A stretch of DNA of 63,014 nt, filler included, from Octopus bimaculoides (Eukaryota): assembly GCF_001194135.2 (NCBI RefSeq). It is 4 parts of 4 records of this genome, joined end to end, with 100 filler letters (N's around TTAATTAATTAA, not from the genome) between each part and the next. Parts side by side here need not be neighbours in the genome. Positions count along the whole stretch, not along the records: positions 17,010 to 33,187 come from NC_069000.1; positions 33,288 to 61,696 come from NC_068988.1; 2 more parts are not named here. One strand, given 5' to 3'. The position numbers and the translations under genes were made by a program. Below the pieces are notes generated by a model. The model was not told where the DNA came from, ran no database searches, and worked only from the letters and a program-made list of their open reading frames with translations. Positions 23,076 to 34,415 of this stretch are shown piece by piece; the first letter of the stretch is position 1, and each line of letters begins with the position of its first letter.

Positions 23076-23144
<69 letters not shown>

Positions 23145-24119
23145 NNNNNNNNNNNNNNNNNNNNNNNNNNNNNNNNNNNNNNNNNNNNNNNNNNNNNNNN
23201 NNNNNNNNNNNNNNNNNNNNNNNNNNNNNNNNNNNNNNNNNNNNNNNNNNNNNNNNNNNNNNNNNNNNNNNNNNNNNNNNNNNNNNNNNNNNNNNNNNNN
23301 NNNNNNNNNNNNNNNNNNNNNNNNNNNNNNNNNNNNNNNNNNNNNNNNNNNNNNNNNNNNNNNNNNNNNNNNNNNNNNNNNNNNNNNNNNNNNNNNNNNN
23401 NNNNNNNNNNNNNNNNNNNNNNNNNNNNNNNNNNNNNNNNNNNNNNNNNNNNNNNNNNNNNNNNNNNNNNNNNNNNNNNNNNNNNNNNNNNNNNNNNNNN
23501 NNNNNNNNNNNNNNNNNNNNNNNNNNNNNNNNNNNNNNNNNNNNNNNNNNNNNNNNNNNNNNNNNNNNNNNNNNNNNNNNNNNNNNNNNNNNNNNNNNNN
23601 NNNNNNNNNNNNNNNNNNNNNNNNNNNNNNNNNNNNNNNNNNNNNNNNNNNNNNNNNNNNNNNNNNNNNNNNNNNNNNNNNNNNNNNNNNNNNNNNNNNN
23701 NNNNNNNNNNNNNNNNNNNNNNNNNNNNNNNNNNNNNNNNNNNNNNNNNNNNNNNNNNNNNNNNNNNNNNNNNNNNNNNNNNNNNNNNNNNNNNNNNNNN
23801 NNNNNNNNNNNNNNNNNNNNNNNNNNNNNNNNNNNNNNNNNNNNNNNNNNNNNNNNNNNNNNNNNNNNNNNNNNNNNNNNNNNNNNNNNNNNNNNNNNNN
23901 NNNNNNNNNNNNNNNNNNNNNNNNNNNNNNNNNNNNNNNNNNNNNNNNNNNNNNNNNNNNNNNNNNNNNNNNNNNNNNNNNNNNNNNNNNNNNNNNNNNN
24001 NNNNNNNNNNNNNNNNNNNNNNNNNNNNNNNNNNNNNNNNNNNNNNNNNNNNNNNNNNNNNNNNNNNNNNNNNNNNNNNNNNNNNNNNNNNNNNNNNNNN
24101 NNNNNNNNNNNNNNNNAGC

Positions 24120-24690
24120 ATGGGAACAAGCCAGGTTGGGAGGTTGGACTGTGAGCTCGTTTGAAGGAGGGGAGGGGTCGGTTAAGGAAGATGTGTGAAG
24201 AGGAGAGGTCGGACTGGAGACGCCTGAAAGCTCGGAGAATGGTGCGTTGGAGAGGTAGGGTGGTGGGGTGGTAGGTGAAGGGAAAAGGGAGGCAGGAGAC
24301 GGCAGTGTGGGTTCAGAGGAGAGAGCAGATGCACGGTCCACAGAAGTGCTCTGGCAAGGGCGGTGTGGATAGTTGTGTGGGGATATCCACGTAGGACGAA
24401 GTGGCGGGCTATGTGTTGGGACTGAGTCTCAAAGTCATGATCGTCACTACAGAGCCTACGTAGACGGAGGAACTGGGAATAGGGGATGGAATAGGGTGGG
24501 AGGAAGAGAAGTTGAGGTATGAGTGTGAGTCTGTGTGCTTGTAGTGGACGGAGGTGGTAAGAGTGGAGTGATAAATGCTGACCGAAATGTCAGGAAAGGA
24601 GACAGAAGTGTCAGAGATAGTGCAGGGCGCATAGAAATAACTACCAGCAGTCTGAAAGAATTGCCAGGTGTCGATATGACCGACTTCATT
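24120..24690 (-). mobile_element. GC-rich Pro/Ser/Thr-coding-like segment, probably a LINE fragment
   Basis: Strong strand-skewed composition (PTLPSPASLFPSPTTPPP), no splice signals, same strand as the nearby LINE remnant. Family not identified. Confidence 0.3.
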
Positions 24691-24802
24691 TTCCTAAACT
24701 AGGTCCCAGCATGGCTGCAGTTCTATGATTGAAAGCAATAAGAGTAAAAGATTAAAAACAGTCAAACAGTAACATATATAAAAATTCATCGCAATGGCTT
24801 AC

Positions 24803-24807
24803 TTCAT
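24803..24807 (-). CDS. First coding exon of second secreted gene (ATG AA|)
   Basis: Minus strand GAAAAATGAA|GTAAGC; the phase-2 donor completes Met-Lys with the G of the 20677 exon. Confidence 0.6.
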
Positions 24808-24919
24808 TTTTCTTTTTTGTCTTTCAGGAAGATAAAGTGCTGCAGATATTCGGATACAACGATGACTTATTCAAGAGTTACGGGTTCGCTTTCAGTAACC
24901 GGTGTCACTGATGATGTCT

Positions 24920-24955
24920 GGAGTGATAAGTCCTTCAATTCTCCTTATATTTATA
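24920..24955 (-). promoter_or_regulatory. Putative TATA/Inr of second secreted gene
   Basis: Minus-strand TATAAA at 24955-24950; TCACTC initiator with its A at 24924 (+31); 117-nt leader to the ATG. Confidence 0.5.
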
Positions 24956-25139
24956 CGCAGAGCTACACAAAAGTGTGGGATTTAAGTTAATTATTACTTT
25001 TGTCTATACCTAGGCACAATGAAAGTATTGTCAAGGTTTCTTTGTTGTTGACCTTGTGGTGTGGCAGTGGTGGTGTGGCAGTGGTGGTGTGGTAGTGGTG
25101 GTGGTGGTGCCGTTGCTGCCGCTGCAACTGCTGCTGCTG

Positions 25140-25177
<38 letters not shown>

Positions 25178-26050
25178 NNNNNNNNNNNNNNNNNNNNNNN
25201 NNNNNNNNNNNNNNNNNNNNNNNNNNNNNNNNNNNNNNNNNNNNNNNNNNNNNNNNNNNNNNNNNNNNNNNNNNNNNNNNNNNNNNNNNNNNNNNNNNNN
25301 NNNNNNNNNNNNNNNNNNNNNNNNNNNNNNNNNNNNNNNNNNNNNNNNNNNNNNNNNNNNNNNNNNNNNNNNNNNNNNNNNNNNNNNNNNNNNNNNNNNN
25401 NNNNNNNNNNNNNNNNNNNNNNNNNNNNNNNNNNNNNNNNNNNNNNNNNNNNNNNNNNNNNNNNNNNNNNNNNNNNNNNNNNNNNNNNNNNNNNNNNNNN
25501 NNNNNNNNNNNNNNNNNNNNNNNNNNNNNNNNNNNNNNNNNNNNNNNNNNNNNNNNNNNNNNNNNNNNNNNNNNNNNNNNNNNNNNNNNNNNNNNNNNNN
25601 NNNNNNNNNNNNNNNNNNNNNNNNNNNNNNNNNNNNNNNNNNNNNNNNNNNNNNNNNNNNNNNNNNNNNNNNNNNNNNNNNNNNNNNNNNNNNNNNNNNN
25701 NNNNNNNNNNNNNNNNNNNNNNNNNNNNNNNNNATATATATATATATATATACATACACACACAGACACACTTATACACAACCACATACAAAAATATACA
25801 AATATACATACATATATACAAATACGCACCCATATTATATTATTGTTTTAGGAACTGGACTGGGTGCAGTATCTAAAGGTTTTTGTCACTCACATCCATC
25901 GTACCACTTACACAACCAATATACCAGTAATTGTATCGGGTTGATCAAAAGAGACATGATGAACAACATCCCAGACTGGAAACATAAGAAAAGAGAAATA
26001 CGCTCAAATATTCACACACGTGCACAAACACACACACGCGCGCGCGTGCG

Positions 26051-26082
<32 letters not shown>

Positions 26083-26110
26083 CACGTACACAAACTCACA
26101 TACATGCACA

Positions 26111-26167
26111 TCTATCTATTTATCTATCTATCTATCTATCTATCTATTTATCTGTCTGTCTGTCTGT

Positions 26168-26255
<88 letters not shown>

Positions 26256-26275
26256 CTATCGATCTATCTATCAAT
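26111..26275. repeat. (TATC)n microsatellite
   Basis: Direct read. Confidence 0.95.
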
Positions 26276-27337
26276 ATATCGTAAAGGAATAAGAATTCGA
26301 AATCCGAGCAGGTGGCTTAATGGCACTTTCATACAATCTAGATCTGGCTAGTCACATCTACTGAAAGGGAACATTTAAAATTGTTTAAGATAAACAATCA
26401 AACAGTACTTCACTCGATAGGTAAATTCTGAGTCCTCTTCGTAGGATTCCATGTAACACACAGTATATCATCAAGTCGTCATCACAAAAATAGAGAATCA
26501 TACACTTTTGAAGGTTATTTATTAATTAAAGAATTTTTTTTTCATATTTCATTCTTCTAAAATGAATATATATATATATATATANNNNNNNNNNNNNNNN
26601 NNNNNNNNNNNNNNNNNNNNNNNNNNNNNNNNNNNNNNNNNNNNNNNNNNNNNNNNNNNNNNNNNNNNNNNNNNNNNNNNNNNNNNNNNNNNNNNNNNNN
26701 NNNNNNNNNNNNNNNNNNNNNNNNNNNNNNNNNNNNNNNNNNNNNNNNNNNNNNNNNNNNNNNNNNNNNNNNNNNNNNNNNNNNNNNNNNNNNNNNNNNN
26801 NNNNNNNNNNNNNNNNNNNNNNNNNNNNNNNNNNNNNNNNNNNNNNNNNNNNNNNNNNNNNNNNNNNNNNNNNNNNNNNNNNNNNNNNNNNNNNNNNNNN
26901 NNNNNNNNNNNNNNNNNNNNNNNNNNNNNNNNNNNNNNNNNNNNNNNNNNNNNNNNNNNNNNNNNNNNNNNNNNNNNNNNNNNNNNNNNNNNNNNNNNNN
27001 NNNNNNNNNNNNNNNNNNNNNNNNNNNNNNNNNNNNNNNNNNNNNNNNNNNNNNNNNNNNNNNNNNNNNNNNNNNNNNNNNNNNNNNNNNNNNNNNNNNN
27101 NNNNNNNNNNNNNNNNNNNNNNNNNNNNNNNNNNNNNNNNNNNNNNNNNNNNNNNNNNNNNNNNNNNNNNNNNNNNNNTATATATATATATATATATGGG
27201 TATAAGAACATATCAGCAAGCGATATATGTGTGCCATAACATAGAATGTTGAATGCTTATACATAGGTATTCTGAAGAGAAATATTCTGGAAATATTCTG
27301 GATATTAACAGTTGTGACGTTGCTGCCGCTGCAACTA

Positions 27338-27349
27338 CTACTGCTGCTG

Positions 27350-27430
<81 letters not shown>
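27338..27430. repeat. (CTA)n/(CCA)n microsatellite; similar tract at 25125-25177
   Basis: Direct read. Confidence 0.95.
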
Positions 27431-29063
27431 TATCATATATGTTTTCTCTTTCGTCTCCTACTACAGCTTCTAATAGTACAATTTGCTTTCACATTTCCAT
27501 TCGGAAACACTTAACTTCACTTAAACATTCATTGTAATATGGTAGCAAAATTTTCGTCGTTCGAACCTGCCACATGATCACTGCCAAAATAATTATGATT
27601 TTTGAACTCTCTTCAAATATATGTCCATAAAACTATTTATACTGTTGTCATAGTGTAGATATTATTATTGATGTGTGGTAGGCTGGTCCGATAACTACGT
27701 ATGTATATCTTGATTGATTGGTGACGCGCTCACACCATGTTCCACTGAATCATACTGAGGCATCTCTGGTTCCAGTCTGTGTTCCGCTCCCTTGTTTTTA
27801 TAATGTGGGTCGTCGCACTGTTGCTAAGCACTTTTCAAATTATTTCACTTTATGAATTTCTTGGTCGAATCATTAACAGTCGTTCGGATAAAGTTCATAA
27901 CGTTAGCACATCAAAAACTTGTTTTGAAAAATCGTCAAGAAAATTTCTTGCTGTGGCGATGTGGTTAAGCTATATAGCTCTGACAAAATCTCCTCTCTAT
28001 CATAAAAGACACCTCTTCCAAAAATGATGTTAGTGGCTAGTTGATTAGGCATCTACTGAAAGTCTCGGATTCCATACAAGGTACTGAGACTAGTTTCTTG
28101 TGGATTACTCACTTTAACGTAACGTTAAACATTATAGAATCAAGAGCATAATATATCGACTCTTCACTATTATGTTGCTTTAATTTCATTCAGTGACTTC
28201 AGAGAGACCAAAGGTAAAATCTGTATTAACTAGTATAGTTATCTGTATCTACAACATGTACCACTACTTTGTATCAAAAGCAGAATGTGGAAATACTAAA
28301 TCTATATTAGTTGAGTTTGAATGCATAGCAGAAAGTAAACAAGCAAATAAATAAAAAAAAGCTTACATTACGATCAGCAGTTATTTTTAAAATGATGATC
28401 GACGTGTTCTTGTTTTGAGAGGGTAAATTTTTTTAAACTTAAAATCTAAATAGACAATTAAATACAAATATACTTTCAAATCTTAGAATTTTGTTTAAAC
28501 ATTAGGGCCACACTGATAAAAACGAAAAAAAAAAAAGCCAGATCAAGGTTAAAGTAGTCACAGATTTTATTCGAAAATCTAGCGTTTCGCTTGCCATATC
28601 ACTCTAATTAAGTGAAAGATAAGGATGAGAAAAAATGAATCCCCGTTGTATGCTACATATGAAGAAATGATGTGATTAAGCAACATATCTAAACAGAACA
28701 TACCCTTGCATGTGAGTCTGCGACGATTACCTATATAGCTGTCAATCATAACCACACATTTTCTTCTGAAATGCCGATTACTAACTTTGGCGTTTTTTAA
28801 AAAAACTGTAGCTTAGTTTTAGCTGACGCAAACACTTCCAATCAGCGTCTGCACTTCGGTTGGGCTATTTTAGCGAAGAAAACAAAACGTCCTCACCATA
28901 CAGGTGGTAAATAAAGCTTATCAGCGTTTTATTCACTATCAGTAAAACTATGTATAGGGCTTTCCTATAAGTAGGTTATCTCCCTTGGCTAGGCGGCGCT
29001 CCATGTAGATAATTAAACTTCCGGAGGCTAACCCACGCCATTGTTATTGTTTTACGTCTTATC

Positions 29064-29228
29064 ATGGATATAAAGCAGCTTGATGATTCAGCTATCGAAG
29101 TACTTACTGTGCCTGAGTTAAAGAAATATTTAAGATTATATGGACAGTATGTTACTGGAAGAAAGGCGGACTTGATTGAAAGGTTGAAAGGTATAAAAAT
29201 TCTGTCGATTTGTCAACAAAGTAAATTC
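29064..29228 (+). CDS. SAP-domain N-terminus (partial, runs into gap)
   Basis: LTVPELKKYLRLYGQYVTGRKADLIERL fits the SAP consensus (LkvxELkxxLxxxGLxxsGxKaeLieRL). Confidence 0.8.
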
Positions 29229-30123
29229 NNNNNNNNNNNNNNNNNNNNNNNNNNNNNNNNNNNNNNNNNNNNNNNNNNNNNNNNNNNNNNNNNNNNNNNN
29301 NNNNNNNNNNNNNNNNNNNNNNNNNNNNNNNNNNNNNNNNNNNNNNNNNNNNNNNNNNNNNNNNNNNNNNNNNNNNNNNNNNNNNNNNNNNNNNNNNNNN
29401 NNNNNNNNNNNNNNNNNNNNNNNNNNNNNNNNNNNNNNNNNNNNNNNNNNNNNNNNNNNNNNNNNNNNNNNNNNNNNNNNNNNNNNNNNNNNNNNNNNNN
29501 NNNNNNNNNNNNNNNNNNNNNNNNNNNNNNNNNNNNNNNNNNNNNNNNNNNNNNNNNNNNNNNNNNNNNNNNNNNNNNNNNNNNNNNNNNNNNNNNNNNN
29601 NNNNNNNNNNNNNNNNNNNNNNNNNNNNNNNNNNNNNNNNNNNNNNNNNNNNNNNNNNNNNNNNNNNNNNNNNNNNNNNNNNNNNNNNNNNNNNNNNNNN
29701 NNNNNNNNNNNNNNNNNNNNNNNNNNNNNNNNNNNNNNNNNNNNNNNNNNNNNNNNNNNNNNNNNNNNNNNNNNNNNNNNNNNNNNNNNNNNNNNNNNNN
29801 NNNNNNNNNNNNNNNNNNNNNNNNNNNNNNNNNNNNNNNNNNNNNNNNNNNNNNNNNNNNNNNNNNNNNNNNNNNNNNNNNNNNNNNNNNNNNNNNNNNN
29901 NNNNNNNNNNNNNNNNNNNNNNNNNNNNNNNNNNNNNNNNNNNNNNNNNNNNNNNNNNNNNNNNNNNNNNNNNNNNNNNNNNNNNNNNNNNNNNNNNNNN
30001 NNNNNNNNNNNNNNNNNNNNNNNNNNNNNNNNNNNNNNNNNNNNNNNNNNNNNNNNNNNNNNNNNNNNNNNNNNNNNNNNNNNNNNNNNNNNNNNNNNNN
30101 NNNNNNNNNNNNNNNNNNNNNNN

Positions 30124-30411
30124 TGATATTTTAAATACTTTGTTTGGAAAAACGGATGGCAAGGGGTGATCTTTCGATGGTCCATTAAAATTGACGAAAT
30201 GCTGGGAACACATTTGGCTATTTGCAGTGTAAACAAAGTCTTTCCTCACAAGTCTCGATCTCTGAAGCCAAATACGACGAATAGCTACATTTGCAGGATA
30301 TCTGTGTAGTGAAATAACTTTGCCGTCTACATTCTTCCCTCTATAGTGGCTGCATATACAGCAGTATTTGCGTCTGCGGAAGTTAAAACAAGTCACTGAG
30401 CATGCGTACAT
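30124..30411 (-). CDS. THAP-domain N-terminus (partial, runs into gap)
   Basis: YCCICSHYR...SLHRYP...RRIWL...MCSQHF...PSVFP carries the C2CH ligands, conserved P/W/F and an AVPTIF-like box. Confidence 0.85.
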
Positions 30412-30831
30412 GTCATACGGGAGAGTTCCAATCAGGGGTGGATAACAACCTTATAGGAATCCCCTATAGTTCAAGCAGTGATAAGCTTAGAAGCAGTAGT
30501 ATAACTGCCTGTGTTTTGTCGAGCTTTTTGTATGGCGAGAACAAATAAATAGAAGCGGGAGAGAAAAAATATAGAACTACAACTTTTATGTAGGAGGATA
30601 AAAAGATCACGTTTTAGCTGGAAGAGTACAATATTAAGACATGACTGGCTGTGTAATTAAGAATCTCAGACTGCAATAACGTGTTTCTAGCTTCACCTCC
30701 ATTTGGTTCTTTCTATACTAGGTTCGTGTTAACTAGTAAACTGCAAATGAAATTTGGTGGACGGAAAACATGGAAGCCTATCGTATATGTATATTTGTGT
30801 ATTAGTGCGTGCGAGTGTGCATACGTGTGTG

Positions 30832-30882
<51 letters not shown>

Positions 30883-31334
30883 ACGTGCGTATTTATATGT
30901 GTGTGAGTATGTATATGTTTCCTCTACGGATGAAAGACATAAACATTAGTGAAGAACTAAAAAAACGTAATGGTTATAGATGTATATATATATATATGTA
31001 TCACCATCAGAAGGGTGGTGAATCGGAAATCGATCTCGTGTAACGTGTAACGTGTAACGTCTCTCGTTCATAATTTGAGGTATATAATATAGGTTTATTA
31101 GAGAAACACATATGGGTAAGCGTCAAATACTAAGATTCAGTTCCACCACATTTAAATATATCGAAGGAGAGTTTATATCTCTTCACACTTCAAAGTGCTG
31201 TACTAGATCTCCATTTGTTTCCGGATCTTCCGTGATGCCAACGTGGTATGTAGATGTTTAAACATTCTCGATGATATTGCTTCACATTTTTGCACAAGGA
31301 CAGTAATTTTAACGCGAAGTATTCGTCGGTTATA

Positions 31335-31470
31335 GTGACCACTTTATTTATCGACCCCAGAAGGATGAAAGGCAAAGTTGACCTTCGCGGCATTTAAACT
31401 CAGAATATAAAGAACCGCAAGAGAACGTGCCATATTGCTCGGGGCGGAAGCGATTCTGTTAGATTTCCAC
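31335..31470 (-). mobile_element. tRNA-derived SINE fragment
   Basis: actttattatcgaccccagaaggatgaaaggcaaagttgaccttcgcggcatttaaactcagaat...gattctg. Confidence 0.75.
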
Positions 31471-32596
31471 CTTACTATGCTTGGTAATATGTATACAGAA
31501 CCGAAAGCATACTTCATGCAGTTCATCCAACAACACGAAAGAATGCAGTGTCACGACTTAAACAGCGAAATATCGTCCATGACTTATAGAGTTTTTAAGG
31601 GGGCACAAACTCGTCGATCAACATAAACTTGAAGAACGGCCAACAGCAAATTTGGAGTTGGTGTGTGTTCATACTTGCTCATGAGAAAAAAAGAATCCAT
31701 TTAATTCTGTTCCTATGAAACCTTTTAATTCTGAGAAAATTTCGTGTTTACTGCAATAATATCCTGGGAGTATATTAACAAGAAAAAGAAGAACAAAAGA
31801 AAAAACAAGAGAAAAAAACAAAAACAAATGTATGCGAAGAACATTTTCATAGAAATTTTATTCCGATTCAGGAAAGCAAATATACAAAGTAGGCTTTTAT
31901 ATAAGTTTTAAAAGCATGTTCTGCATTTGGCAGAATAAAATTACGTTGGTATAACTATTCTCACGCACAAAGACACACTTATCGACACACACACATACAT
32001 ACACGCACATACACATTCACACACACACACATTCACCCCCACATACACACATTCACTCCTCTCCACACACGCAATCTCATGTACGCGTTCCGGTTTGCAA
32101 TGCACACACACTTTCTCTCTCTCTCTCTCACCCCTGTTTTCATACACACAGACAAATGCAGATGCATACTCAGGCGCTCGCACATGCACATAAGCAAATA
32201 GATCTCTGACGATTTCAACGACGAGTGTTCCAGCAATTAGGTCAACTGATTTATGGTGTGTGTCTTCCACTGGTACTTGTCGTAAAGTAATTCCCAGTAA
32301 TTCGTGTATATATGCACTCATATATATGCTCCAATAGGTGTATATATGTATTTATGATGTGTATGTCCAAATGTGCATGTAAATACGTCTACCAGTCTCT
32401 ACGGACATGATCACACTGATTTCTACTAACCCCTTACACATCTATGACGACACGACACGACTAACGAGCTAAATGCACATTTATATGCTTGTGCGCGCGT
32501 GTGTTAGAGTCTGTGTATGTGTGTGTGATGTGTGTGTGTGTGTGTGTGTGTGTGAATGGGTGTGTGTGTGTGTGAATGTGTGTGTGTAAATGTGTG

Positions 32597-32638
<42 letters not shown>

Positions 32639-34415
32639 TGTATATGTAAATATATATAAATATTTCGTTTGCAATATTCTTTATGTGAATTTGTGCGTTG
32701 AAGCTTATTTTGCTGTGTCCGGGAGTCATTCTGCGTTAATGCCTTATTAATTAACACACTCATCCGTTCAATTTCCAGTAATTTACCTATTTATAAAATT
32801 TTTTTCTGAAATTTTCGTTACTTCTTGCAACCTTTTCGATAGTTGTTTACTCTGTCTGTTTGTCCGATGTGTGTGCGTCAATATGCATGTGTGTATGCAT
32901 ACATATATGTATGGGTGTGTGTACATGTGTATGTATGTATGTATTTATTTTGCATATTCATATGTTTGTGCGTTCATGTTTGTGTGCTTGTATGTGTGTG
33001 TGTGTGTGTGTGTGTATTTATGTATGTACCTCTGTCTCCTTGTACGTGCGTGTTTTAGTGTGTCTGTGTGTATGGGTTTTTGTGACAATGTACGTGCGTC
33101 TGTTATGTATAGATGTGTGTCTCCGTATGTTTCCTTATGTGTGTGTAGAGTGTGCATGCGTGAATATAATCATGTCTCATTTTATGTNNNNNNNNNNNNN
33201 NNNNNNNNNNNNNNNNNNNNNNNNNNNNNNNTTAATTAATTAANNNNNNNNNNNNNNNNNNNNNNNNNNNNNNNNNNNNNNNNNNNNTTTGTCTAGAATC
33301 AATTACTAGCCTGATAGACTCCGCTATGTCAAGATGGACTTATATATTCTTCCTCACATTTGGATTTTATGTATGCTCTCTCCCACTTGGATTTAATATG
33401 TTGCCACATTTATAATATGCCTTTTTCTGCATTTTCGTGCAGCTGAGGATTGCTCTTCATATTGCATTTAAGGTAATGCTCACATTACTTAAATAAATTG
33501 AAGTAGCATGAAACGTACGTACTGCAATCACTTTTGAAATCCGTGTTGCTTATTATTTGATATATATATATATATATATATATATATGGGTCGAAAAGCA
33601 AAATGTGTACACAACAAAAATAGAGGAATACATATATAGAGGAATATATATATATACAAGCAGAAAACTTGTGCTTTAACTACAGTATGTACTTTATATA
33701 TATATGTGTGTATGTGTGTGTGTGTGTATGTATAGAGAGAGGTGGAGAGGGGAGAAAGAGAGAGAGGGGGGAGAGGAGAAAAAGAGAGAGAGGTGGCAGC
33801 CTCGTTCTTATGGTAAAAAAAACATTCTTCCTGCTTGTGAGTAGCGATTGGGAGAAACACTCGACCGATTGATTGTAGTATTTATGACTACCTTATAATA
33901 TGTTTTTGTAGTTTTGTGGTTCATGTTGCTAGTTGATATTTCATCGAGTTCAACTCTACTCCACACTCTTCTGGAGTCTATAAAACTGTGCCAGTCGAGT
34001 ACTGCACTGCAGTTATATCCTTCCCCAAAATATCTAGCTCACTGGTTTCATTAGAAATACTTTTTATTATTGCTAGCGTGTGATTTTATTTTATTTATTT
34101 ATTTATTTTTTTGCTACAACTTTCTTTAAAATGATATTGATTCTTTTCAGTTTTACCTGTGTTATTCGTCATACCGTGGGTTGTTTTGAGAATCCTAGAA
34201 AGTGATCAACAGTGAGTATTAATCTAATGCTGAATTTTATTGTTATTCTACTTTATGAAATCTCACAAATTTACTTACACATATTGGAAAATATAAAGGT
34301 GTACATACATATAAGTGAAATATAAACTTAACCAATACCTAAACCCTGTCATATTGCATGTGAAATTTCATTGCGTGTATAGATTTATTTGTTTGACTGG
34401 AAAGAGATAAGTGAT

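Larger units (their letters stand above)
28956..30465. mobile_element. ISL2EU/PHIS-like DNA transposon with two convergent ORFs
   Basis: Imperfect ~35-bp TIRs (TATAGGGCTTTCCTATAAGTAGGTTATC vs TATAGGGGATTCCTATAAGGTTGTTATC), AT (or TA) flanks, a SAP ORF and a THAP ORF pointing inward across an N gap. Confidence 0.7.

Noticed and set aside
24828-24911. Plus-strand acceptor followed by EDKVLQIFGYNDDLFKSY, faintly like carbonic-anhydrase-related proteins
   Set aside because: Ends in a stop with no donor, has no other CA exons, and overlaps the 5' UTR of the better-supported minus-strand gene.
3884-30411. Long ORFs made of X runs and YI/TH/CV/LS repeats (also at 32461-33243 and 53007-53414)
   Set aside because: Artefacts of N gaps and dinucleotide or trinucleotide microsatellites.
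31508-31517. Another minus-strand ATG AA|GTATGC start-exon-like motif
   Set aside because: Short motif expected by chance; no matching promoter or signal-peptide exon found.
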